Below are positions 25,601-34,206 of a stretch of 64,000 bases of DNA, in pieces (within the stretch, counting starts at the first letter, position 1; every line of letters starts with the position of its first letter). A program made the position numbers and the translations under genes. This DNA is from Candidatus Omnitrophus magneticus (GTDB taxonomy: Bacteria > Omnitrophota > Gorgyraeia > Tantalellales > Tantalellaceae): assembly GCA_000954095.1 (NCBI GenBank), contig JYNY01000232.1:20424-84423 (forward strand). The letters run 5' to 3'. Under the pieces are notes generated by a model, which was not told where the DNA came from, made no database searches, and saw nothing but the letters and a program-made list of their open reading frames with translations.

Positions 25601-27170
25601 AATTGATTCTATAACTAACAACTTATCAACATTTCTTCCCACGATTGACAAAAATATTACAAAAAAATTTTCATTTCATGACAAATTAAACATAAAATAT
25701 AAAATTTCAGGATCAGAAAATTTATTAAAAACTATTACCAGCCCAGATGACTATTCTACCCCTGCTTTATATACTACCATAATAAATCAACCACAAAACA
25801 TTTTTCCTCTAGCAGGGGGATGGCTCTTATCAATAGAAAGATGCCGTATTCTAGGGCTTAATATATCTAAAGACAATATGCCTGAAATGAAAATATCTAC
25901 GGATGAATCTGAAAACGCTACAAAATGGATATGGGATATATGCCAAAAAGAAAATCACTGCACCATGAATTACAATAAAAAAATAGTTATTATTAATACC
26001 TACGCGGTAACACAAAATAGTTTTTTATCAGAAGAAGAGTGGGCAAATATTATACAAAGGATTATAACAAAAACTAAAAATATTATTTTCGTCTTCACTC
26101 ATGGCGGAAAAATGGATGAAGACTATTACCATATTGAGAGAATAATAAAAAAAATAAAAATAAAATTAGCCAGCGACACATCATTAAATTATAAACATTC
26201 TATAAAAAAAATAATTCTCACCAGAGAAGATATATCTCCCAAAATACATAACTTAATGGGAATAGCAAGCGCGTGTGTAACAATTGACACAGGTTTTAGT
26301 CATATGGCAAGCGGTATATTCAACATTCCTACTGCTATTTTTACGTCTAAAAATATAGAACATTGGCTACCTCCAAGAAAAAATATAATACCATTATACC
26401 TCCTTACCACTAACGATTATTTAATGTACGATTTCACATGGAATGAAAAAGAAATATCAGCCCGCAAAAAAAAACTCTATAACCACACTCAAAAAATAAT
26501 AGATTGGATAAATAGCGACAAGATAAAAACATTAGGAGAAATTCTTGACAACATCAATAATAACGATGCTTTAAGAATAAAAAACAACAAACATTCAGAA
26601 ATACTAAAAAATTTCATTGATTCATTATTATCCATTACTATAAATAAAAAAATAATTCTCGCGTTCGGATACGAAGACCTGTCTTCCCGCAATACTAAAT
26701 TATCAGGAATTATAAAAAGTTTTAAATTTTTAAAAAACCACATTTATTATAAAAGATTTCTTCAGAATTTTATTGTTATAGAATCTTCCAAGCGGGAAAT
26801 ATGGGGAAAGATAGAACCGTATACAAAGGATGCCGATTCATCTATATTTTTATTCAGCAGTAACACCAAAGACATAAATAAAGATGGGCTAAAATCTAAT
26901 AATATTCATAAAATCATTATTAATGACACAGGATTCCCTCCTGACGCGTATTATCCGCTTTTCGAAATAATATTATTATCCATTGCTCATAAATATCCTG
27001 ACAATAACATCGTGAACATGAAAGAGATTTTCGATAAGTCTAATATTTTATATATGGAAGAAAAAAATAAAGAATTGATTTTTTATCTTTTGCCGAATCC
27101 TATAATCCTGCGTGAATCTGATTTAATAAAAGCATACGCGTATCGAAAAAAACTAATTACCGCGTTATAA
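22665..27170 (+). CDS. 1501-aa protein with two tandem GT9 (heptosyltransferase)-like modules and a shared C-terminal domain
   Basis: N-terminal hydrophobic segment. Module 1 spans nt ~23180-24320 and module 2 nt ~25250-26400, and they are clear paralogues (KLGETIIELWPLATPLLKKFPDANILIA / KLGEVIMELWPLVAGFLQDFPDSKIYIA; VSLDTGFSHLASGVYNLP / VTIDTGFSHMASGIFNIP). These motifs resemble the GT9 LGD...P...LK..FP and DSGpmHLAaAlg.P signatures. Confidence 0.75.
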   Translation: MPYVIKKNILNLIKILFNTLFFIYTLNSYTYSEILPTTLQIPSFFNTIKDAEFFENLLLAHLKYATTGIDINNLNYKLMPAFSDDINGVINFQEKKRENNYWAIPCAIHIKTNNCTFEYTATIKENEDISIQSILPKNFLSQNNTVKNKSKNQISEENYYADRPLDGIPKSEIKNILILTEDKILGVKLGETIIELWPLATPLLKKFPDANILIASEFSEIFNGKTFHNKIKILPQETLAELRTSPEKIEKFFNTNNFDLIFYIGMHAGIVKKIVYSKNNTKPKPYLCQIVSPLSITQAFSTAIKETNLMSDNNYNFIAFWDTHGKKYIINTTNIFKNIMKSSKNSNFEFGWAGIWNLTIKMYESLGLKVNRKNLLQLKLSNEETFGAIKWLKNLFDESTKEYKHIKFDPQKKIIVVNVYAVTQKNILTEDEWSGIIAKLAHEIKDAYFIFPRGGKMDPDYEYVERIVRNAKIILKEDVTHKDNLNDIQLVLPRKNIYPYMHDLLGISNAVVSLDTGFSHLASGVYNLPLCLITSPNIIHWIPPKDNIFTIFFQGVFQNASRYLKETEIKKQERINNEIKNLADWLNKQASMKHTLSKRLSSLSDEYASILDKNLLNHYSIDAPLDEKKIHDFAANIVKQLKLPESITPEIKFVNTSEQIGIELSRFSIKLRAFSNKKTYLLIDANNKNQEYLSDILNNESNKIEFIHELLGRSITRITFPEFSDKDLNTKDSIPQNYFKNSIKTRNILEELIARLITIEAILKLSRENINTVSNKEIESLLKIYIPGNTTLTLENIKKILEHNTQNTELSNIFLSDIPLNQQEKILSLLNEKYLPRLNSLFAYWRNEEVAIKEPLTLLPKKEIKNVLLYYDNVAPFKLGEVIMELWPLVAGFLQDFPDSKIYIAAPLAEVFKGQYFGERIKILDHSKTTLLKSSAETVTHFVSDNHINLIISLDTTRNNFIKTLSNYPRLMDKPYLLQIDSITNNLSTFLPTIDKNITKKFSFHDKLNIKYKISGSENLLKTITSPDDYSTPALYTTIINQPQNIFPLAGGWLLSIERCRILGLNISKDNMPEMKISTDESENATKWIWDICQKENHCTMNYNKKIVIINTYAVTQNSFLSEEEWANIIQRIITKTKNIIFVFTHGGKMDEDYYHIERIIKKIKIKLASDTSLNYKHSIKKIILTREDISPKIHNLMGIASACVTIDTGFSHMASGIFNIPTAIFTSKNIEHWLPPRKNIIPLYLLTTNDYLMYDFTWNEKEISARKKKLYNHTQKIIDWINSDKIKTLGEILDNINNNDALRIKNNKHSEILKNFIDSLLSITINKKIILAFGYEDLSSRNTKLSGIIKSFKFLKNHIYYKRFLQNFIVIESSKREIWGKIEPYTKDADSSIFLFSSNTKDINKDGLKSNNIHKIIINDTGFPPDAYYPLFEIILLSIAHKYPDNNIVNMKEIFDKSNILYMEEKNKELIFYLLPNPIILRESDLIKAYAYRKKLITAL

Positions 27171-27185
27171 TAGTTTCCCCCTGAT

Positions 27186-30100
27186 TTATCGGACGACTAC
27201 TGTATTCAGTTCACTAGTTATAGTGTATCCTGTAAATTCTTTTTGATTTTCACTAAGCGCGCTTAACTTTGAATCCAAAAGGTCATTCTGTGAAGATAAA
27301 ACGTTACTTGTTATTATCTCGTCATCTTTTTCCGGCTTAATCGGAATTGTAAAAACAAACGGCGCGTTAGTTTCCTGACGGGAAGCATAAGATAAAAAAG
27401 TTCCCCAAACGTTACTCTCGCCGGTATCGCTGAATTTACGGGCAAATACCCACTGCCACTCGTCTCCCGCGCCTTTTACATAAAAATTTTGATATTCAAC
27501 GCTTCCTGAAACATAATATGTCCGTATTTCAAGCCTTGTATTATCTATTTTTTGCCAAGAAGATAAAATACCGTTATCGTAATCTTCTATTGTTTTATAA
27601 TATTTGTCCGGCCTTTCACTAGAAATCCATGAAAATTTTATTTTTCCACTGCTATTTCCGTAATATTCTATAGCCTCGCCGGTATTGAAAATCTTTTTCA
27701 CTTCGTAGCCGCTAGCATCATACCAAATACTTCCCTGCCATAATCCATTGTTATAATTTTCTTCTTTTAATTTTACCCACATACCTTGATTTTCATTAGG
27801 AAAAAAATTATTATTATGCTTATAGATAGTTACAGTTTTTAACTCTTCCGCGTTAACATCATAAAAAATTGCGGCGCCGGGATAAATTTCATATATTCCT
27901 GTAAATACTTTTTCAGTTACTGTTTCATCCGACCATTCAAATGTTTTATAAAAATTCGAACCGGAGAAAAGTAAAACTTTTCGCGTTTCTTCTCCAAAAG
28001 AATTTATTTCTTTATCACTATACTCAATAATATTTCCGTCCGCGGTAATGATTCTTTTATCCGCGCCGGATGAATAACTGTCTAATATAATACAGCCGTC
28101 CTCATCAGGCGAATACACGATAGCGCCCAGCGATTCTCCTGTTGATATTACAACTTTATCCATAGTAAAACCGTTATCCTCATTATTATAAGCGTACACA
28201 TAACTTATATCTAAAAGAGTAAAATCTATTTTTGATATCCTATACGCGCTATCCTGACTATAATAAAAAATATTTTGTATTGTCGCGCCGTCTGATAAAT
28301 ATAAATATTTTTCCAGTAAAAAAAATTCATCAAAAATAGTTGTATTGATTTTATTTTGATAACTATAAACATATCCCGCCGCGCGTTCAGACTGATTTAT
28401 TCCGCTATTTATCTCTTCCGCGCCAGAAATCAAGTAAACACCGTTATATTCATCAACCGTAAGTCGCCCCGCGCTAGGAGTATCCCACGCGTATGTAAAA
28501 TATTTATTTTTCACGCTATTGTAATACAACCTAATCAAACCTTCATCCAGTGTCAACATATCCTCATCTTTATATTCATAAATATCTCCGTTTGACGCGA
28601 TAACACGTTTGGTAAAACCTGATTCATAATTTTCTCTTTTATTCTCATACGCCCAATTAGAAATTTTTTCTTTGATTTCATCGGGTATATAAAACTTACT
28701 ACCGGGGTCACTACTATACCACGCAAGCGCTCCGATATAGCCGTTATCATGAATAATAGATAATTTTTCATCAATTATTTTATCATTATTTTCATCGGGA
28801 TTAGGCTCTAAAGCGCCTATCATTACAGGTTTATCCAAGCCCAAAGAATCAACTGAAAAATCTAAATATTTCCAATGATCCTCCATATAGTTAAAATACT
28901 GGTATTGATATATATCTTCTCCTACGCTCTTATTTCCGGAAAATTCTTTTACTAAAATTTCCCTATTTTCTTGGCCGATTGTTACAGGTGTATCCGTATC
29001 TCTTAAATGAATCTCATCAACCATCCCCTTTAAAAAGAGGCGTATTTCATCATAACTTATACCAGCTTTATCATATATTTCTGACGGATCGTTCATTATA
29101 TCCCACGCGTATATTGTTTCTTCCGCGCTAAAATACTGGACAAACTCGCCTAAAAGAGTTGTAAGCGCGAGCCTGTCTATCTCATTCGTTATACAAGAAG
29201 AATGTTCTCCTTCATAAAGATTATTCATACCATCGGCCATAGTAAAATCCAATAAAACAGGCATAAGTTTTATATTATACAGCCGCGCGGTATCTACCAA
29301 AGCCTGCATATCACTATACACATAATCAGTAAAACTCATAGGTGTTGTCCCGTTAAAATTTATTCCTGACCTTAAATCACAAAAAATAAATACACGGACA
29401 AGTGAATCCTTCATTGTTTTTAATGTATCGTCTAAAAAAAATTTGCCGGACTCCCCGCTCCAGCCGTATTCATGAAATCCAGCGTCCACATCTTTTGTGC
29501 CGATTCCAACATTAAATCCGTAAGCCTCTGTCCAAGGCATATTAAATCCTGTTAAGAAATTAAGCGCCTTTTTAGGCGCGGTATAAACACTAAGATTTTC
29601 TAAAGATAGCGCCCTATACCAATTATCCGTTATATTATCAATTCGAAATACTGTCCCAACGTCTAAAGATTCTTCCAATTCGTAATAATATTTTACATGC
29701 TTCCCTTTGAATTCCCCGTCAGTTTCATTATAAATCTCTTCATATTTTTCCTTTCCTCCTCGGTAATATCCTGTTTCTGAAATTTTATTTTTTTGAGAAT
29801 CAAAAATAATAGTACTCAACGAAACATCAGTATCTCCCCAATATTTATACTTAGAAGTAATACCTGTAACGGTATTGTATTCTTCTAGTCTCAACCAAGA
29901 AGAAGAATTAGAAAGGTTATAATCAGTCTTATTTTCTAAAATGCGGCCGTATAAATATGTATCAGAAGAATCAAAAATAAAATTATTATTTTTATCGTAA
30001 TATGTTTTTACAAAAACATTGCCTATAGTCATATTATCCCAAAAATATTTTTCTATGGTATTAATATACGGATTATAATTTAAAACATCTGTAGCTAACC

Positions 30101-31892
30101 CTGTATTTAAATCTGTTTCTAAAATTTTCTGTTTAATAGAAGGAAGTTCCGGAAGTACGGCTTTACTTAAACACAAATTTAACCAATCCTCCTTTTCTAA
30201 AGAAGGAAGATTTAATGTTTGAGCGGTAGCGGATGTTATTGTGCTTATATATGTCCAATTAAGAGGATTAGCACAGTCATAAAAATCGCCGGATGGATTA
30301 AACGTATAAATACGCCACACATCTTGGTTATTTTCAACTACAATATTATCATAAGTCTTATAAACATTATCTCCATACAAAAACCACCGTTTCACCGCGC
30401 TGTATCCCGTAGAAAACTCAACAACCTCTCCCAATAAATTTTTAAGTATAGGATCTAAAAATATATACCTCATTCCACGGCCAAAAGCCCACGTACTCAT
30501 ATATTCAAAATCCTGCTGTAACAATATTTCATCAGTATCATTTATATACGCAAGATTTGTAATACTAAAATCATCAACAGGCCACAAACTATAGACCCTG
30601 CCTGAATTCCGCGAGTCAAAATTCTCATCATAATATTTATATCCTATAAACCCATCTTCATCCAGAGTGTCGAACCATTCCCCTAAAACTCGTCCGCTTG
30701 ATTCAGAATAAATTTTATTTTTTAAAGCGCCATACGCGTCAAGTAGCCCAAAACCGTAATACTTATCATATCCGGGATCTCCTAAATCAACAGCGCTAAA
30801 TCTTATTTTTTGAGCTATTTCCTGCGGGCTAAAATTAGGATTACGCGAAGCAATCAACGCGGCAACACCGGAAACCATGGGAGTCGCCATTGATGTCCCG
30901 CTCAGATATCCGTAATCTTCGTACCTAATTGTTGATAAAATATCTTGGCCGGGCGCCACAACATCTATCTTATAACCATAATTTGAAAAATAACAAATCT
31001 CGTTATTAGAATCAACCGCGCCTACTGTAAAAGCTAACCGGTCGCTGGCAGGAATATATTTTTGTACTTCATTATTAGAATTTCCTGCCGCGACAATTGT
31101 TAAAGAACCTTTATCAAAAGCATATTTTATAGCGTCAGTAAAATAAGACGGCATATAAGAAAACGCTCCGCCAAGAGACAGGTTTAAAATTTTAGCGCCC
31201 ATATCAGCGGCATATTTTATAGCTTTAGATATAGTATTAAAACTGCCCGAACCTTGCGAGCTCAAAACTTTTAATGGTAATATCTTCACATTGGGCGCGA
31301 CCCCTATTGTCCCTGATGAATTCTCACTAGCGCCTATTATCCCGGAAACATGCGTACCATGACTCGCTGAAGCATTGTCATCCCAAGGATTATTATCCCA
31401 ATTATAAAAATCCCATCCTCTATAATCATCTTTACACCCGTTTAAATCGTCATCAATGCCATTATTAGATATTTCCTTTGTATTGATGTATATTTGGCTT
31501 ACTAAATCAGTATGATTGTAATCTATTCCCGTATCAATAACAGCGACAACAATATTATCTCCCTTAGAAATATCCCACGCCTCATACAAATTTAAATCTT
31601 CTATATGCCACATTTCCGGAACATATGTATCCGACGGAACTATTTGTGAATGTAATTCATTATTGTAACGTGAAATATCGCCTGACAGACGGTTAAGCCA
31701 TTTTACGCGGTAAATATCTAAAGAATCATTTTCTATTTCAGTATATTTATGAGACGCGGAATAATAAAAATTTTTATCTTCGGAGTGAACTGGCCAAGAC
31801 AAAATATTTACAAAAAAAAGAAGAGCTAAAAAAAATGGAATAGATTGAAATCTCAAAAAACTTTTAAAAAACAATAATATGACAAATCGCAT
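27186..31892 (-). CDS. Secreted subtilisin-family (S8) peptidase fused to a GH-A (GH5-like) TIM-barrel-like region and long Tyr-rich beta repeats
   Basis: ATG at 31890-31892 has AAGGAGGG upstream and a signal-like MRFVILLFFKSF... sequence. S8 triad motifs VAVIDTGIDYNHTDL, HGTHVSGIIGA and SGTSMATPMVSGVAAL lie at nt ~30780-31640. The barrel-like region lies at nt ~28700-29570 (LVRVFIF, YAWDIMNDPSE, PVMIGALEP, GALAWYS). Confidence 0.8.
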   Translation of the reverse strand: MRFVILLFFKSFLRFQSIPFFLALLFFVNILSWPVHSEDKNFYYSASHKYTEIENDSLDIYRVKWLNRLSGDISRYNNELHSQIVPSDTYVPEMWHIEDLNLYEAWDISKGDNIVVAVIDTGIDYNHTDLVSQIYINTKEISNNGIDDDLNGCKDDYRGWDFYNWDNNPWDDNASASHGTHVSGIIGASENSSGTIGVAPNVKILPLKVLSSQGSGSFNTISKAIKYAADMGAKILNLSLGGAFSYMPSYFTDAIKYAFDKGSLTIVAAGNSNNEVQKYIPASDRLAFTVGAVDSNNEICYFSNYGYKIDVVAPGQDILSTIRYEDYGYLSGTSMATPMVSGVAALIASRNPNFSPQEIAQKIRFSAVDLGDPGYDKYYGFGLLDAYGALKNKIYSESSGRVLGEWFDTLDEDGFIGYKYYDENFDSRNSGRVYSLWPVDDFSITNLAYINDTDEILLQQDFEYMSTWAFGRGMRYIFLDPILKNLLGEVVEFSTGYSAVKRWFLYGDNVYKTYDNIVVENNQDVWRIYTFNPSGDFYDCANPLNWTYISTITSATAQTLNLPSLEKEDWLNLCLSKAVLPELPSIKQKILETDLNTGLATDVLNYNPYINTIEKYFWDNMTIGNVFVKTYYDKNNNFIFDSSDTYLYGRILENKTDYNLSNSSSWLRLEEYNTVTGITSKYKYWGDTDVSLSTIIFDSQKNKISETGYYRGGKEKYEEIYNETDGEFKGKHVKYYYELEESLDVGTVFRIDNITDNWYRALSLENLSVYTAPKKALNFLTGFNMPWTEAYGFNVGIGTKDVDAGFHEYGWSGESGKFFLDDTLKTMKDSLVRVFIFCDLRSGINFNGTTPMSFTDYVYSDMQALVDTARLYNIKLMPVLLDFTMADGMNNLYEGEHSSCITNEIDRLALTTLLGEFVQYFSAEETIYAWDIMNDPSEIYDKAGISYDEIRLFLKGMVDEIHLRDTDTPVTIGQENREILVKEFSGNKSVGEDIYQYQYFNYMEDHWKYLDFSVDSLGLDKPVMIGALEPNPDENNDKIIDEKLSIIHDNGYIGALAWYSSDPGSKFYIPDEIKEKISNWAYENKRENYESGFTKRVIASNGDIYEYKDEDMLTLDEGLIRLYYNSVKNKYFTYAWDTPSAGRLTVDEYNGVYLISGAEEINSGINQSERAAGYVYSYQNKINTTIFDEFFLLEKYLYLSDGATIQNIFYYSQDSAYRISKIDFTLLDISYVYAYNNEDNGFTMDKVVISTGESLGAIVYSPDEDGCIILDSYSSGADKRIITADGNIIEYSDKEINSFGEETRKVLLFSGSNFYKTFEWSDETVTEKVFTGIYEIYPGAAIFYDVNAEELKTVTIYKHNNNFFPNENQGMWVKLKEENYNNGLWQGSIWYDASGYEVKKIFNTGEAIEYYGNSSGKIKFSWISSERPDKYYKTIEDYDNGILSSWQKIDNTRLEIRTYYVSGSVEYQNFYVKGAGDEWQWVFARKFSDTGESNVWGTFLSYASRQETNAPFVFTIPIKPEKDDEIITSNVLSSQNDLLDSKLSALSENQKEFTGYTITSELNTVVVR

Positions 31893-32077
31893 AGATGCCC
31901 TCCTTATATTGGCGCTGTCGCAAAATAAATTTTTTTGCCGCCCACTCATCAACATCTTTGGCAAAAAAATTTATTTTACGACAGCGCCTTATTCCCCTCA
32001 CCACCACTCACAATCAGCATATTACGGATATATCCAGTCATATTATACTCCTAAAAATAGCCCATAAAAACAAAAAA

Positions 32078-32108
32078 CGGATAAACACTAGAGTTTATCC
32101 GTTTTTTT
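32078..32108. terminator. Bidirectional intrinsic terminator
   Basis: Perfect 9-bp stem CGGATAAAC (32078-32086) / GTTTATCCG (32093-32101), flanked by A6 on the left and T7 on the right. It lies just downstream of the small minus-strand ORF. Confidence 0.7.
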
Positions 32109-32125
32109 GTTAGCGAAAAACAAAA

Positions 32126-32224
32126 TTACTTCTTTTTGGAAGCTTTTTTGACTACGGCTTTTTTCGCCGCTGGCTTCGCAGTTTTCTTTGTAGCACATTT
32201 TGCCGCACATTTCTTAACAGCCAT
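32126..32224 (-). CDS. Small (32 aa) lysine/alanine-rich basic protein, unannotated in the ORF track
   Basis: ATG at 32222-32224 is preceded by GAGGAGGATACC. Translation is MAVKKCAAKCATKKTAKPAAKKAVVKKASKKK, ending in TAA at 32126-32128. A strong terminator follows 18 nt downstream. Confidence 0.6.
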   Translation of the reverse strand: MAVKKCAAKCATKKTAKPAAKKAVVKKASKKK

Positions 32225-32507
32225 GGTATCCTCCTCTTTTTTATTTTATTTTTTTATTTACATTCTCTAACAATTTTTATTTTTGATTTTATTTATCATC
32301 AATAATAATTAAACTATACAATATTTTATTTTTTTTTCAAGAATTAATTAAGAAAAAAAACTATTCTTCTATCTTTTTTTTTCTCACTAAAAACTAATCT
32401 TTAAAAAGCCTGATTTTATCGGACATTCAGAATATTACATTATAAAAAAAACTATTCATTTTTTTATAAAAAATTTTAACAAAAAAATTTTTATTTTATT
32501 TTTTATT

Positions 32508-34142
32508 TCAATTGACTAAAAATTTTATTAAAGAATTATCATAATTTCCCGGTTTTTCAAATCCTAGAAAATTTATAATAGTAGCGGCAACATTCGAAAG
32601 CCCTTGTTTAGCGCCTCTTTCCAAGCTATATTCGCCTTTATACGAGGGATCATATATGATAAATGGCACAGGATTTAATGTATGCGCAGTTTTCGGAGAA
32701 TGCTTTCCTTTTTTATCTATAGTAAACATTTCATCAGAATTACCATGATCAGCAGTAATAATAGCAATTCCATCTAGTTCTTTTATAACGGATAAGAGAC
32801 GGCTGACGCATTGATCGACTGTTTCAACTGCTATTTTTATCGCGCTCGGAACCGCTGTATGGCCTACCATATCTCCGTTAGCAAGATTCAATCTTCCAAA
32901 TTTATATTTTCCACTTTTTAAAAGTTCTATGGTTTTCTCAGTAATTTCAAAAGCTTTCATTTTTGGAGCCTCTTCAAAACGCACTTTATCTGAAGGTATT
33001 TCAAAATAATCTTCAAACTCTTTGCATATATAACCTGATTTATTTCCGTTCCAAAAATAAGTAACATGCCCAAATTTTTGAGTTTCAGAAATAGCAAACA
33101 TTTTAATTCCCCTAGAACATAAGTATTCACTGATTGTGCGGTCTATTTCAGGAGGAGACACAAGGTACCGCGCAGGCACGTGAAGATCTCCGTCATACTC
33201 CATAAGCCCCGCGAAAAGAAAGTCCGGACAAAATACACGGTCAAACTCTTTAAATTGTTTTTCATCAAACGCGCGCGAAATCTCAATAGCGCGGTCTCCT
33301 CTAAAATTAAAAAATATAACAGAATCTCCGTCTTTTATACGGCCTACCGGCTCACTTCCTTCCCCTATAACAAACGGCGGAAGATATTGATCTGTTATCT
33401 TTTCATCTTCTTTATAAAAAGTTTCAACAGCTTCTTTCGCTGAATTAAATACGCGCGCGTTTCCTAAAACATGCGCGTTCCAGCCTCTTTTTACTATTTC
33501 CCAATCAGCATTATAACGGTCCATCGTTGTAATCATACGCCCGCCGCCAGAAGCTATCTTATAATCATACCCTTTATTTTTATTTATCTCCGCTAATATA
33601 TTTTCTGTTTGCTCTATATAGGTAAGAGCGGATTTTTCACCTACATCTCTACCGTCTAAAAGGGCATGTATACGTACTGTTTTAACACCCTCCACGAAAA
33701 GTTTTTTTATCATACTAAAAAGATGATTTATATGTGAATGCACATTTCCGTCAGATAAAAGCCCAATAAAATGAAATGTATGCCCGCTTTTGGCGCGATT
33801 GACAAGTTCTTGCCACAAATCTGTTTTAAACATAGAACCGTCTTCAATAGCGGCATTAACACGTTTCGCGCCTTGAGCGAAAACTCTTCCCGCTCCAAGC
33901 GCGTTATGCCCTACTTCACTATTTCCCATATCATCATCAGACGGTAATCCTACTGCTTTTCCATGCGCTTCTAATTTAGTAAAAAACGGCCCTTGAAAAA
34001 GAGATTTAAGACAAGGATCATTAGCTGTAAAAACACCGTCAGTTTCATCATGTTTCCCAATACCGATACCATCCATTATGATAAGAAGTACCGGGCCTTT
34101 TCTTTTAATAGGATTTTTTAACGGCTCTAATTTCAAATTCAT
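32508..34142 (-). CDS. gpmI: 2,3-bisphosphoglycerate-independent phosphoglycerate mutase
   Basis: Family-typical LLIIMDGIGIG, DDDMGNSEVGHNALGAGR and ITADHGNSDEM motifs. ATG at 34140-34142 (MNLKLEP...) has AAGGAGAA upstream. Confidence 0.93.
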   Translation of the reverse strand: MNLKLEPLKNPIKRKGPVLLIIMDGIGIGKHDETDGVFTANDPCLKSLFQGPFFTKLEAHGKAVGLPSDDDMGNSEVGHNALGAGRVFAQGAKRVNAAIEDGSMFKTDLWQELVNRAKSGHTFHFIGLLSDGNVHSHINHLFSMIKKLFVEGVKTVRIHALLDGRDVGEKSALTYIEQTENILAEINKNKGYDYKIASGGGRMITTMDRYNADWEIVKRGWNAHVLGNARVFNSAKEAVETFYKEDEKITDQYLPPFVIGEGSEPVGRIKDGDSVIFFNFRGDRAIEISRAFDEKQFKEFDRVFCPDFLFAGLMEYDGDLHVPARYLVSPPEIDRTISEYLCSRGIKMFAISETQKFGHVTYFWNGNKSGYICKEFEDYFEIPSDKVRFEEAPKMKAFEITEKTIELLKSGKYKFGRLNLANGDMVGHTAVPSAIKIAVETVDQCVSRLLSVIKELDGIAIITADHGNSDEMFTIDKKGKHSPKTAHTLNPVPFIIYDPSYKGEYSLERGAKQGLSNVAATIINFLGFEKPGNYDNSLIKFLVN

Positions 34143-34206
34143 AAAATTTTCTCCTTGAACGAATATTAAAAAACACACTAGGACTGTCTTATGAAAAATA
34201 TATAAT

